Part shown: positions 1 through 12,106 of the stretch, piece after piece
Numbering within the stretch: position 1 is the first letter of the stretch
Layout: every line of letters starts with the position of its first letter
Assembly (NCBI RefSeq): GCF_001194135.2
Contig: NC_068983.1
Span: 73,716,702 to 73,780,701, forward strand
Reading direction: 5' to 3'
DNA from: Octopus bimaculoides
Lineage: Eukaryota
Length of the DNA: 64,000 bases
Translations under genes and position numbers: made by a program
The notes under the pieces: generated by a model
What the model was told of the DNA's origin: nothing
Databases searched by the model: none
What the model saw: the letters and a program-made list of their open reading frames with translations, nothing else

Positions 1-105
1 TCCTCCTCCTCGTCCTCCTCCTCGTCCTCCTCCTCGTCCTCCTCCTCGTCCTCCTCCTCGTCCTCCTCCTCGTCCTCCTCCTCCCCATCATCCTCTTCCT
101 CCTCA
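1..105. repeat. (TCC)n/(TCG) trinucleotide microsatellite
   Basis: Direct reading of tandem tcctcctcg units. Confidence 0.95.
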
Positions 106-965
106 TGATGTTTCAAGAAATTCATGTATTATGTAGTCTCAGTCCATTTGTTGGAATTATCATGGTTGTTCTAAACTGTATTGCTGACATAAATGTTTTA
201 AAGTGTATTTTGTGAGAAACCATTTCCCTAGCAACTGTAATCCCTTAATACCGAGAAATCCTTGAAACTGTTCCTCAGTTAGTTTTCTTCAATTCTTTCT
301 CAAGTATTTTTGGCATCCTTGCTGCCACTTGTCTAATCTACAGAAAATCTCTGATGCTTTTTGCCATTGTTTTTGTATATCACTATACCATCTAGACTAT
401 TGATGCACTTCTTCACACTGTTGTAGCTTTCAAATGATGCTACCCCACTGGCTAGGTGAGCTGGCCAACATTTCTCCTGAACAGAATGCCAGTCCATCAC
501 AGAGTTAACTATTTACTCCTGAAGCTATGAGAAAATGCACAATTAATTCAAAACAAAGTGAATAGATAAGCATTACATTTAACAGAGAAATCTGAATGTT
601 AAAGGGGCAAGTTGCTTGTGGAATGAAATGTTTTGCTCAAGAACATAATGATGCACCACCTGTCTTGGAATTGAAACCATGGTCTTGTGATTATGAGTGC
701 AATACTTTAACCACTAGGTCATGTGCTTTCACATTTGCATATAAATAGAGTAAAAGACAAGATTTATAATTTGGGTCTATATGCAAAGAAAATTATGAAT
801 TATAAATGTTATCCTTTACTCTGTAAAATTTTATACTTCCTACAGATGCAGGCAGTAATGGTAGCTATTTCTCATATGGAGAGTAGGTTATGTGTTTTAT
901 GGACTGTGGATATTTGATTAGATAACTCGCCCCAGTACAAAGATCTTCAATAGTACAATAAGAAT

Positions 966-1011
<46 letters not shown>

Positions 1012-1215
1012 ACAACAACATTTAGCATCTGTTTTCCATGCCGGCATGGGTTGGATGGCTTGAAAGAAACTAACAAGGCCAGAGGCCACACCAGATTGCA
1101 GAGTCTGTTTTGGCTTGGTTTGTTCAGTGGATGCCCTTCCCAATGCCAACCATTTTACAGAGTGTACTGGGTGCTTTTTACATGCTTGAGAAAAGAAATG
1201 CATTGTCATCACTGT
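966..1215 (-). mobile_element. 5'-truncated RTE LINE 3' end (or RTE-tailed SINE) with (TGA)n tail
   Basis: Reverse complement carries gttggcattgggaagggcatcc...ccaacccatgccggcatggaaaac...(tga)n, matching the tail of the RTE fragment at 59.9-60.3 kb. Confidence 0.7.
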
Positions 1216-2067
1216 CATCATTGTCATCATTGTCATCGTTGTCATCGTCATTGTTCTCATCGTCATTGTTGTCATGTCATTCTTATTGTCATCATTGTTA
1301 TCCAAATCCTCTTTTCCATGCTTGCATGGGTCAGAATATGTTGAGACAGATTTTCTATGGCTGGATGCTTACACACACACACAAACACATGCACATACAG
1401 ACACATACCACCACCACCAGAGAATCAAGCTTCTCAACCACACAGCCACACCTGTTCCTATAGGTATGCCTGGTAAAAGAAATCAGGACAGACTATATCG
1501 ATAGAAACCTGAGATATGTAATTATGTATGTTGGTGAAACACAATAGCAAAGAGAAAGAAGATACAATCCAATTGATCTGTTGTCAGTGGCTTGTAATAT
1601 TTATGGAAAGAGGGATAGTGGTCAACACATGCAAAATTGTGCAGCAGCAAAGTTGAAACTAGTATGGCATGATTGATTACATGTGAGCATTTTATTGATC
1701 TCATCATTGAACTTGGAAATGTGTGGCATCAAAGCCGATACCATAATTACTCTAGCACACCATCCTGCTGTTTGTATCACCTCATTTCCCTTGAGGAAAT
1801 AAATATAAGGGACAACAACAACAACAACAATGACAGCAGCAGTAGCAGTAGCAGTAGCAGCAACAGCAATAATGAAAGAAACAAATTATTACAATATCAA
1901 GCCAATGATTAAAGCTCTACATGTTCACTTGACATGCTAGAAATGACAGCCTAAACTGATTCAGACTATAGTTTGGAGTGCATTATATCCACAGAAAAAT
2001 AAACAAACTATAGAGATGATTATGGTTGTAATGCCTCTGATTATAAATCTGCTACCTGGTCTAGACT

Positions 2068-2458
2068 GTTGTTGTTGTTGGCACACCGTCGCTTACGGCG
2101 TTGAGGGTTCCAGTTGATCCGATCAACGGAACAGCCTGCTCGTGAAATTAACGTGCAAGTGGCTGAGCACTCCACAGACACGTGTACCCTTAACGTAGTT
2201 CTCGGGGATATTCAGCGTGACACAGTGTGACAAGGCTGACCCTTCGAATTACAGGCACAACAGAAACAGGAAGTAAGAGTGAGAGAAAGTTGTGGTGGAA
2301 GAGTACAGCAGAGTTCGCCACCATCCCCTGCCAGAGCCTCGTGTAGCTTTAGGTGTTTTCGCTCAATAAACACTCACAACGCCCGCTCTGGGAATCGAAA
2401 CCGCGATCCTATGACCGCGAGTCTGCTGCCCTAACCACTGGGCCATTGCGCCTCTACT
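2068..2458 (-). mobile_element. Full-length tRNA-derived SINE, family B
   Basis: Minus strand A box TGGCCCAGTGG, B box GTTTCGATTCC, (CAA)n tail; perfect 13-bp TSD cctggtctagact at 2055-2067 and 2459-2471; paralogs at 15.1, 40.1 and 43.7 kb. Confidence 0.92.
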
Positions 2459-2735
2459 CCTGGTCTAGACTATCTCAGGGTTAAACAACATGGAAAAATT
2501 ACCACAGTTTATACAATCACATGAAAGACAAATAAAATTCATACACTAGGTATTAAAGAATAATGTTGCATTTCATGTAATGAGTTCAAATCAGAATAAA
2601 ACATATTGTAATTATATTTATTCATTCGAAATATAATTGCCATTGTTTGCAGCAATATTTCCCCACTTTGAAGCCAGTTGAGAAGTGTCCTCTTATATGT
2701 CCAATCCAGAAACACTTGGAATAAAACATATTTAC

Positions 2736-2882
2736 TGGTGTGACTGTGTTGTTAAGAAGCTTGCTCACCAGCCATGTAGTCTTCAGTTCAGTCCCACTGT
2801 GTGGGCACCTTAAGCAAGCATCTTCTATAGCCCAGGGTCGACCAAGGCCTTGTGATTGGGTTTGACAGATAGTAGAGACTCA

Positions 2883-2918
<36 letters not shown>

Positions 2919-3106
2919 CCTTGTCTTGACATCATGTGATGGTTGTAAATGAGCATCACCATCATACAAGCAATGTTATCTGTTTCCAGCCTGGCCAAGG
3001 GTCAGATGTTACCTTGCTTTGAAAGAGGTGAGGATTGGCCACAGAAAATTTGCCTCAAGAAGTTCCATCCAAGCATGGAAAAGTGGATCTTAAATGATGA
3101 TGATGA
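2736..3106 (+). mobile_element. tRNA/CORE-like SINE family A, variant A2 (RTE-like tail)
   Basis: Family A head, central (TG)n, tail ending gcatggaaaagtgg...(tga)n as in the RTE 3' ends. Confidence 0.75.
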
Positions 3107-3865
3107 TATGCACATACATTTTATGCAAGATAATGTCTGCTGCTCATACAGATAAATATGGCAGTAAATTTTATTAGAATTTCTTTTGATTCAGTCCCAA
3201 GAAATGTAGACGGTGTTGAGTGTTATTGTTGATGTTGCCTATGATTTGAGGGAGATATTGGTTTATTTCTAGTAGGCCAAGTGTATATAAAAACACCCTC
3301 ATTGGTTTGTTAAATGTGGTTTCAAATTTTGGCAGCACTAGGCCAGCAATTTTGGGGGAGGAGGAAAGTTAATTACATTGACCCCAGTACTTAACTGATA
3401 CTTATTTTATTGGGACCTTGACGGATGAAAGGCAAAGTTGACCCTGATGGAATTTGAACTCAGATTTACTGGATGGAGTTTATTGAGGCAGATTTTCTAT
3501 TTTCAGACACTCTTCTTGTCACCATTCCTTATCTCTTTCCAAGCAAGATATAGTCTTGCAAAATATTGGAAATTGGAAATGAATGACATTGCTTGAATAA
3601 CAGGGGCAATCATTTACGACAATCACCTAATGTATGAGTAAAGACAAGGCAATACAAACATGCACACACACATATATAAATTCATATATATATAGGTTGA
3701 AAATATGTGGAAAACATATATAAAAAGTGGAAGAGAAATGCCTTCATTTCACATAGTTTAATATCTTTTTATAAAGAAATTAAAAAAAAATATACACATA
3801 TTTTATGTGGAACCAAACCTGGAATCATGTGATAGGAAAGCTAATTTCTTACTACACACCCATAA

Positions 3866-4162
3866 GTCCCTGAAACTTAGCAGTTCAGCAAAAGAGACTG
3901 ATAGAATAAGTACTAGGCTTAAAAAAGAAGTCCTGGAGTCAATTTCTTTGACTAAAAAGCCCTTTAAAGTGGTGCTCCAGCATGGCTGCAGTCAAATGAC
4001 TGAAACAAGAAAGAGAATAATAGAATATTTCTATGACAGACATCTTTCACTTTCTGTCTACCAAATCCATTCACAAAGCTTTGGTTGTTCTAAGTGCAAT
4101 ACAGTGGAACCAAACCTGGAATCATGTGATAGGAAAACTAATTTCTTACTACACACCCATAA
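3866..4162. mobile_element. Rearranged family A SINE pieces (tail on +, head on -)
   Basis: A1 tail sequence at 3866-4015, head in reverse at about 4030-4162; 59-bp direct repeat at 3807-3865 and 4104-4162. Confidence 0.7.
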
Positions 4163-4276
4163 TATATATATATAAAGATACAGAAATAAATTTTTTTTAT
4201 TCTCAAATGCGTGATAATGCTAATAAATAGTGTGATCAGGATAAATTATCCATACATTGCAGAAAAATACGTTACC

Positions 4277-4348
4277 AGCCAGCCATGAGACTCAAACTCA
4301 CATCCCTGTGATTACGCATCAAGTGCTTTACCATTGAGCTAAACTGCC
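4277..4348 (-). pseudogene. tRNA-like sequence (Thr-CGT-like pseudogene or SINE head)
   Basis: Minus strand GGCAGTT TAGCTCAATGGTAAAGC...TGCGTAA...GTGAG TTTGAGT CTCAT GGCTGGC; acceptor stem 6/7, T stem 5/5, anticodon stem only 3/5, T-loop C>T. Confidence 0.6.
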
Positions 4349-4421
4349 CAGTCACGAATTCTTCTGCAATTTTATATATATATGTAGGTGTGTGTATGTG
4401 TTATAATATATACATACATAC

Positions 4422-4471
<50 letters not shown>

Positions 4472-4514
4472 CTAAATACATGCATTTTGTGTGTGTGTGT
4501 GTTTGTATGTATGT

Positions 4515-4518
4515 ATTG

Positions 4519-4586
<68 letters not shown>

Positions 4587-4892
4587 AGATATTATAAAAT
4601 GTATGTGTGTATGCATGTGAATCAAATTTCATAGGAAACTGAAAACTCCAGAAATTATTAGTCCAAGGTTCAAGTTTCCAAGACAGGAAACCATTAAAAT
4701 AAATATAGACATGTGATCAAAAAAAGAAGAAAAAATGAGCAATAGACAGCAAAGAAGGGATAGAAAGTAGCAAAGCGGTGGGAGAAGTGACATTAGTGAA
4801 AAAGAGAAAGAAGGAGAGGGAGGAGATGGAGGAGGAAGAGAAGAAGAAGAAGAAGAAGAAGAAGAAGAAGAAGAAGAAGAAGAAGAAGAAGA
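4515..4892. repeat. (GATA)n, (GA)n and (GAA)n microsatellites
   Basis: Direct reading at 4515-4578 and 4838-4892. Confidence 0.9.
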
Positions 4893-5186
4893 ATGCTGAG
4901 GATGCAAAGGGTATACGATAAAATAAAGTAGAACGAATATATAGAAAGCATTTTCAAAAAAACCCCAGTAATTGTGAAAAACAATAATAATAGAAAACAA
5001 CATAGATTTTGTCTGAAGTAAAAATGCCTTTAAAATACAATCAAATTGATATGCTGTATATACACATACACCTGTATGTGCTCACATACATGTAGATATA
5101 TGCTCACATACATGTAGATATACAAATAAAAAATAAGTACATAAAATGTGCATATACATAAATTCATATATGGCATACATGCATAG

Positions 5187-5342
5187 AAAATATTGCACAG
5201 CATGGCTGTATGATAAGAAGTTTGCTTCCCAACCACATGGCACCTTGGGCCAGTGTCTTCTACAACAGTCTGGGGCTAACCAAAGCCTTGTGAGTGGATT
5301 TGGTAGACAGAAACTGAAACAAGCCCGTTGTATATATATATT

Positions 5343-5400
<58 letters not shown>

Positions 5401-5605
5401 TGTGTGTGTGTTTGTTCCCCAACCATCATTTGACAACCGATGTTGGTGTGTTTATGTCCCTGTAACTTAGTGGTTCAACAAAAGAGACCGATAGAATAAG
5501 TACCAGGCTTACAAAGAATAAGTCCTGGGGTTGATTTGTTCAACTAAAGGTGGTGCTCCAGCTTGGCCGCAGTCAAATGACAAAACAAGTAAAAGAATAA
5601 AAGAA
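5187..5605 (+). mobile_element. Family A SINE (A1 tail), near full length
   Basis: Head tggctgtatg...ggcaccttggg (CORE-like), central (TG)n, tail cagtcaaatgac-aaaacaagtaaaagaataaaagaa. Confidence 0.88.
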
Positions 5606-6582
5606 TACATCCTTGATCTTGGTAATCACTTTGACTTTGGTGTTGTAAGTAGAGCAGCTGGTGTCTTTCTCACACAATAATCTACAGGATTACAATTGGG
5701 GGAATTAAAAAGCTAGAAACTGGGGCTGTTGAAGTTGTGGAAATTCTCTGACAACCATTTCTGACTCTTTCCTGAGGTATAGCAAAATGTGAAATCCTGC
5801 TGCCACTCATATGGCCTTCCAGTAGCAACCCTCTAAAGCCAGGGATTGTCCACAGTCTCTAGGAGCTTCACATAGCTATCTGAGTGGAGTTTAAGGCCCT
5901 GTTCAAAGATGTTGTGTAACATGACATTACTCTTACTGGAGACACACCCAGACATCATGCACCTTGTGGGCATCACATGGATTCACATGGATTCTAGAAA
6001 AGCCATCCACCTGTTGTGCAACTGACAGAAGCTATTTATATCAGAGAATAACTAGATCATCCCCAGCTCAACAGGATGCCTCAGCTTGTTCAGAAGCTTG
6101 TTTGCCTTTGTCAGGCAGTTCTCCTTCGCCTTGGCTGTCAATTGCACTTCTCATATGAATGGTAGCGAAGGTCTTCATTCAGGGCCAGCTTCATGGTGAT
6201 GCCTCCCATTTCTCTTGCCAAAACCTGAAATCCCTTGCATGGATCTGCCATCACCTTATCCTGCAGTTGGATGAATTTTGGCATCTAGATGCAGTCTGAA
6301 CACCTGCTGTGTCCCCTTCCTACTGGTCACAGCTTCATAGTCTATATTGCATCTGTGCATGTCATATCTTACAGCCTTTACAGTATTCACAAAGCATTGA
6401 GCAGCAGTCATGATGTTGGTACAATATTCAGATTGCTTCCAGTCCTCCATGTTAGCTGACTTTTTTCTCAACAACTTTGATCTTTATGCTCTCCAACACC
6501 ATTGACTTTACCAAAATGTCAAGCTGTTGCTGAGAAATGTAGACAAAAGAAAAATTGTCAAATTTAGCCCAGACACTCTGAA
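5606..6582 (-). mobile_element. Degenerate Tc1/mariner maT (DD37D-type) transposon, 3'-truncated
   Basis: Minus-strand translation across stops/frameshifts: TAKAKENCLTKANKLLNKL...LFSD..., GRPYEWQQD...KSQKWLSENF...NSPNCNPVDYCV; putative TIR cagagtgtctgggctaaatttgac at about 6557-6580. Confidence 0.8.
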
Positions 6583-7533
6583 TATAGTAAAAATAGAAAT
6601 TTTAAATTCCTTGACACAGTAGTGTATATTTTTTAAAATGAACAAGAATGACTTTTCTGATAATTATTTTCCACTTAATGATTATATGTTTACAAACTGT
6701 ATTGTGATTCTGTTTTCCTTCTTATGTTCAAAGAGTTCTTTTTATATATAAAAAAAGTCTCTGATTGGGACTGAGATTTTTGCCTAAATGCAATTTTCAA
6801 ACTGTTCTTTTTTTTGGTACCAGAGTTCCATAATATTCAGTATATATCAAATTATACATCATATATATGTAGTTTTAGATTCTATTTAGATGCTGTTGGT
6901 GGGGAGAGGGTTTACAAATTTACACATGCATATGCATTTACACATACTTACATATACAAACACATATACTTAGATACATTTACATGTGTACACACATAAA
7001 TACATATATGTGCATATAGGCACATATATAAGACATATGAGTATACACAACCTAGAAAATGTAGAGTTAGACACAGCTGAGGGTGAGAGGGAAAGCTTTC
7101 TAAGCAAAATATAAAATGGTTCAAAGGGAAACTCATCTGAAATAATATCATTTTAAGGTTATCGCAAAACATGAGAATTACTTGTACATGATATAGTAAT
7201 ACAAGATAAAACAATTAATAGCAGACTTAAGTAGGATACTGTGTAGAAAACATGAGCTTAAATTTACAAAACCAGGAGAAAAATATATTTTGAGAAATAC
7301 AAAGAAAAAGATGTTGCAGTATCTTGACTTTCTAACTTCAGCTTAAAAAGGGGGGAAATTCTGATACTCTGCAGTGGGAATTTTGGTACTCTCCAGTTTG
7401 GGGATTTACACAACTTGCAATAACAACGTTTGGTTTTAGTTCTTTCCAAAACCATCCAAATATATATTGCTGCATATATTTCTCTTCTACACATTCCAAA
7501 TATTCAGTCATAAATTTTTCAGATTTTCCCTAG

Positions 7534-7955
7534 GCAGATGCAGGCATGATTGGCTGGTTGAGTAGTTTGCTTCCTAAGAACATGGTTTCAGGTTCAGTTT
7601 TTCTTAGGCAAGTGTCTTCTGTTATAGCTCTGAGTAGACAAAACTCTTATGAGTGGATTTGGTAGATGGAAACTAAAAGAAGCTCATTGTATATATATAT
7701 GTGTATGTGTGTGTTTCTATCGTTTTATGCTGACATCATGTGATGGTTGTGTCACAGCCATACAAGCAGAACCATTTGTTTCTAGACTTTTATGAAAACA
7801 TGTATGGCCCCTGGGGAAATACTACCTTACTTGGAAACAGATGAGAATTAGTGACAAGAAGGGCATCTGGCCATATAAATTCTGTTTGACCTATGCAATG
7901 AATTCTGTTTGATCCATGCAAGCATAGAAAAGAGGACAGTAAAATGATGAAGATG
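7534..7955 (+). mobile_element. Family A SINE, variant A2
   Basis: Head plus gtgacaagaagggcatctggcc and gcatagaaaagaggacagtaaaatgatga tail. Confidence 0.75.
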
Positions 7956-7966
7956 GTGATGACCAC

Positions 7967-8005
<39 letters not shown>

Positions 8006-8892
8006 GAGGCCAATCATATTTATGTGGACCAATTGGAATGCTTTCAGCTTTGTCATGAGATTTGAAGAACTCATCTGGTTCATTAATTTGTTTGGGAAAT
8101 GAAAATACTGTTGAATAATTCATTCAATACTTCATTAACATTTTAAGCATCTGCTCTTGATGTAAACAATAACCAACATTCATAATGAATGAAAGCTGTT
8201 AACATTTGATAACTTGGAGAAAACTCAAGGAGTGCTTTTGTGAATTTTAAAAGCCCAATTTCCCTTTAGTGCACTTTCATAACTCATGAAGCATTTTATT
8301 TCATTTCCACTTTCTGTAAGTGACATTCATAAATGCAGTTTTCACTATAAATTCACTTTTCATATCAGGCAAATAGCTTTCTTTGTAAATTTCAACTTAC
8401 CCATTTTGGGATTTATAATGTTATAGCAGACAGTGATCCTACACACAATATATGCAAAAGAATGTAAAGGTATTTGTGTATATCTGTCCACATATCATCT
8501 GTCTGTCTCCCTGTCTGCCTGCCTGCTTGTCTATTGTTGGTTTGTCTCTCTCTATCTGTAAATGTGTTCTACATTATTTTGTGTGTGTTAAAGCATCTTG
8601 TTTACTGGAAATGAAGTTGGAAAACTGCTGTGATGATGACGTCTATTGGAGTAGATACAAGTGCTCACAGCTGTTGTCTTGTCTTCTAACAGTTAAACTG
8701 TTTTTATTTCCTTGATAATCTTCTTCAGATTATCTCCACGAAGTGATTATTTTATGTTCCCCAAAAGTGGAGATAATTTCAATAAATGAAGAATTTATGT
8801 TGTATGGCATATAATATAACTTTACTAACAACCTTAAGTTATTTCTCTTACCTTATTTTCATCTTTATGTGTGTGTCTGTGTGTGTATAATG

Positions 8893-8945
<53 letters not shown>

Positions 8946-8953
8946 CATAATAA

Positions 8954-9145
8954 CAAAATCACCAGGACTTACAAATATATATAACATACAGAAAATTGCA
9001 CTACTGGGCACTGCACACATCCTATGCAAAACACTTTCAATACAGTAACCATAAGAGCATCACAGCAAACCACAGCACATACCCAAGGCAGACAGAGCTG
9101 CGCTTGGTAGTGAAGTGAAAGCACGTTATAAAAATAAAACTACTG
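8954..9145 (+). mobile_element. 5'-truncated R4/Dong-like non-LTR retrotransposon 3' end
   Basis: IQKIALLGTAHILCKTLSIQ* then about 100 bp of 3' UTR; (TAA)n on both sides. Confidence 0.8.
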
Positions 9146-9204
9146 AATAATAATAATAATAATCATAATAATAATAATAATAATAATAATATAATAATAA
9201 TAAT

Positions 9205-9608
9205 TGGTATGACCACAAATCCGAAGGCATCATCGAAAATAAAAATGCAAAGATCCTATGGAATTTTATGATTCAGTGCAACCATGATATAGAGAATAGG
9301 AAACCAGACATAGTCTTAATTGAGAAAGAAAACAAACTATGCTGGATCATAGATATAGCATGCCCAGCTGACAACAAGTTATGCGATAAGGAAGAAAGAA
9401 AAGTCGAGAGATATGGCAGGTTAGCTTGGGAAGTTAAGCAGTTGTGGTCGATGAAAAAGTTAGCAGTAGTACCAATAATTGTCGTAGCCCTGGGAACAGT
9501 GAGCAAAAATCTTGAGAAGTACATGGAACAAATAGGGGCTGCAATAAGGGTGGAGCACTTGCAGAAAACAGCATTGCTTGGAACCGCTCGAATACTCCGG
9601 AAGATGCT
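9205..9608 (+). mobile_element. R4/Dong-like restriction-like endonuclease (RLE) fragment
   Basis: WYDH...KILWNFMIQC...NRKPDIVLIEKENKLCWIIDIACP...KVERY...LQKTALLGTARILRK; PD..D core; preceded by (TAA)n and runs into a gap. Confidence 0.9.
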
Positions 9609-10343
9609 NNNNNNNNNNNNNNNNNNNNNNNNNNNNNNNNNNNNNNNNNNNNNNNNNNNNNNNNNNNNNNNNNNNNNNNNNNNNNNNNNNNNNNNNNNNN
9701 NNNNNNNNNNNNNNNNNNNNNNNNNNNNNNNNNNNNNNNNNNNNNNNNNNNNNNNNNNNNNNNNNNNNNNNNNNNNNNNNNNNNNNNNNNNNNNNNNNNN
9801 NNNNNNNNNNNNNNNNNNNNNNNNNNNNNNNNNNNNNNNNNNNNNNNNNNNNNNNNNNNNNNNNNNNNNNNNNNNNNNNNNNNNNNNNNNNNNNNNNNNN
9901 NNNNNNNNNNNNNNNNNNNNNNNNNNNNNNNNNNNNNNNNNNNNNNNNNNNNNNNNNNNNNNNNNNNNNNNNNNNNNNNNNNNNNNNNNNNNNNNNNNNN
10001 NNNNNNNNNNNNNNNNNNNNNNNNNNNNNNNNNNNNNNNNNNNNNNNNNNNNNNNNNNNNNNNNNNNNNNNNNNNNNNNNNNNNNNNNNNNNNNNNNNNN
10101 NNNNNNNNNNNNNNNNNNNNNNNNNNNNNNNNNNNNNNNNNNNNNNNNNNNNNNNNNNNNNNNNNNNNNNNNNNNNNNNNNNNNNNNNNNNNNNNNNNNN
10201 NNNNNNNNNNNNNNNNNNNNNNNNNNNNNNNNNNNNNNNNNNNNNNNNNNNNNNNNNNNNNNNNNNNNNNNNNNNNNNNNNNNNNNNNNNNNNNNNNNNN
10301 NNNNNNNNNNNNNNNNNNNNNNNNNNNNNNNNNNNNNNNNNNN

Positions 10344-10530
10344 CATAGTGTTGTTCTAGAGAATATTTAAGAAACCATAAGAAAATTATGTGTTTGTTTT
10401 AAAATTTGAGATCACATAGACAGTATTTTACGTAGGATATGGGAAGTTTCCATGAGCACTATCTTTTGAACTTCAGCCATTTTGGGGTTTCCTGGTATCT
10501 GAGCTAGGTAGTAATCAGCCTGTTTCACTG

Positions 10531-10533
<3 letters not shown>
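10344..10533 (-). mobile_element. R4/Dong-like 3' end fragment
   Basis: ADYYLAQIPGNPKMAEVQKIVLMETSHILRKILSM*; (TAA)n immediately 5' of it. Confidence 0.8.
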
Positions 10534-10603
<70 letters not shown>

Positions 10604-10983
10604 CATTATTATTCAATCATTATTATTCGGATTCCATGCTACTTCAAATTTCACAGGCCCCTGTCACCTCAGGCTCATGAAAAATCCAAGTGAACAGAGA
10701 TGTACAGAAAGTCCAAAATACATACATATTTATACTGTTCTTATTATCATGATCAACATCATTGTTTTAGCATCCTCTTTTCTATGTCTGCATGGGTTAG
10801 ACAGTGTTTATTGAGGCAGATTTTTATAGTTGGTTGTCTTTCTTGTCACCAGCTCTCACCTATTTACAAGTAAGGAGATTTTCCCCCCAAAGCCAGACAT
10901 GTTTTTGCAGAATACTGGAAATGAATGACACTGCTTGTATGACAGTGATACTTATTTACAACAATCACATGTTCTCAATACAA

Positions 10984-11099
<116 letters not shown>

Positions 11100-11867
11100 G
11101 TGTGTGTGTGTTGTAAGAAGTTTACTTCTGAACCACATGGTTCTGGGTTCAGCTTCACAGCATGGCACCTTGGGCAAGTGTCTTCTACTATAGCCCTGGG
11201 CCAACCAAAGCCTTGTGAGCTGATTTGGTAGATGGAAAGAAACCTGTTGTATATATACACAGAATCATCATCACCAAATGATGGAGATCCACCACTACCA
11301 CTCTACATATATATATATNNNNNNNNNNNNNNNNNNNNNNNNNNNNNNNNNNNNNNNNNNNNNNNNNNNNNNNNNNNNNNNNNNNNNNNNNNNNNNNNNN
11401 NNNNNNNNNNNNNNNNNNNNNNNNNNNNNNNNNNNNNNNNNNNNNNNNNNNNNNNNNNNNNNNNNNNNNNNNNNNNNNNNNNNNNNNNNNNNNNNNNNNN
11501 NNNNNNNNNNNNNNNNNNNNNNNNNNNNNNNNNNNNNNNNNNNNNNNNNNNNNNNNNNNNNNNNNNNNNNNNNNNNNNNNNNNNNNNNNNNNNNNNNNNN
11601 NNNNNNNNNNNNNNNNNNNNNNNNNNNNNNNNNNNNNNNNNNNNNNNNNNNNNNNNNNNNNAATACATCCATTTGTTGTTTACACCACCTGTCTTCGTCT
11701 GTTGTTTTGTCGGGAATTCTCCTATATATATATATTTATTAACTTACTGTTAACAAAAGTCGGGTTGAATAGGATTGAATACTAAAAAATGTTCATGTAT
11801 GACAGACACAGAAGGACCCTAATTCTTCATCGGTTATCAACCAAAATGTTAATACTCAGTTTTATGC

Positions 11868-11902
<35 letters not shown>

Positions 11903-11904
<2 letters not shown>

Positions 11905-12105
11905 CAGGGTATGGTGAATATATTGCAGTCTGAGTTATACAAAAATGAAAATAATGCTGACATCTCATTTTAACAGATATAATTACCAAAAATGCATAAA
12001 AATATATTGAAATACTAAAGAGTAAATTTATTCAATAAAATCGCCATTGGCTTCAACCATGGCCTCTATACAACTTCAGAATGTCCTGCAACTCTTCTGG
12101 ACAGT
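11903..12105 (-). mobile_element. 3' terminus of a maT/DD37D-like transposon
   Basis: VQKSCRTF*SCIEAMVEANGDFIE* then a terminus reading TA-CAGGGT on the + strand. Confidence 0.65.
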
Positions 12106-12106
12106 C

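Noticed and set aside
7340-7529. Minus-strand frame GKSEKFMTEYLECVEEKYMQQYIFGWFWKE...
   Set aside because: Phase would follow the 16436 candidate, but the acceptor comes from a SINE edge and no homology is recognised.
9609-10343. Long ORFs containing X runs (also at 11.3, 29.8, 35.9, 37.3, 42.1, 50.2, 51.7, 57.1, 60.5 kb)
   Set aside because: They are open only because of N-gaps.
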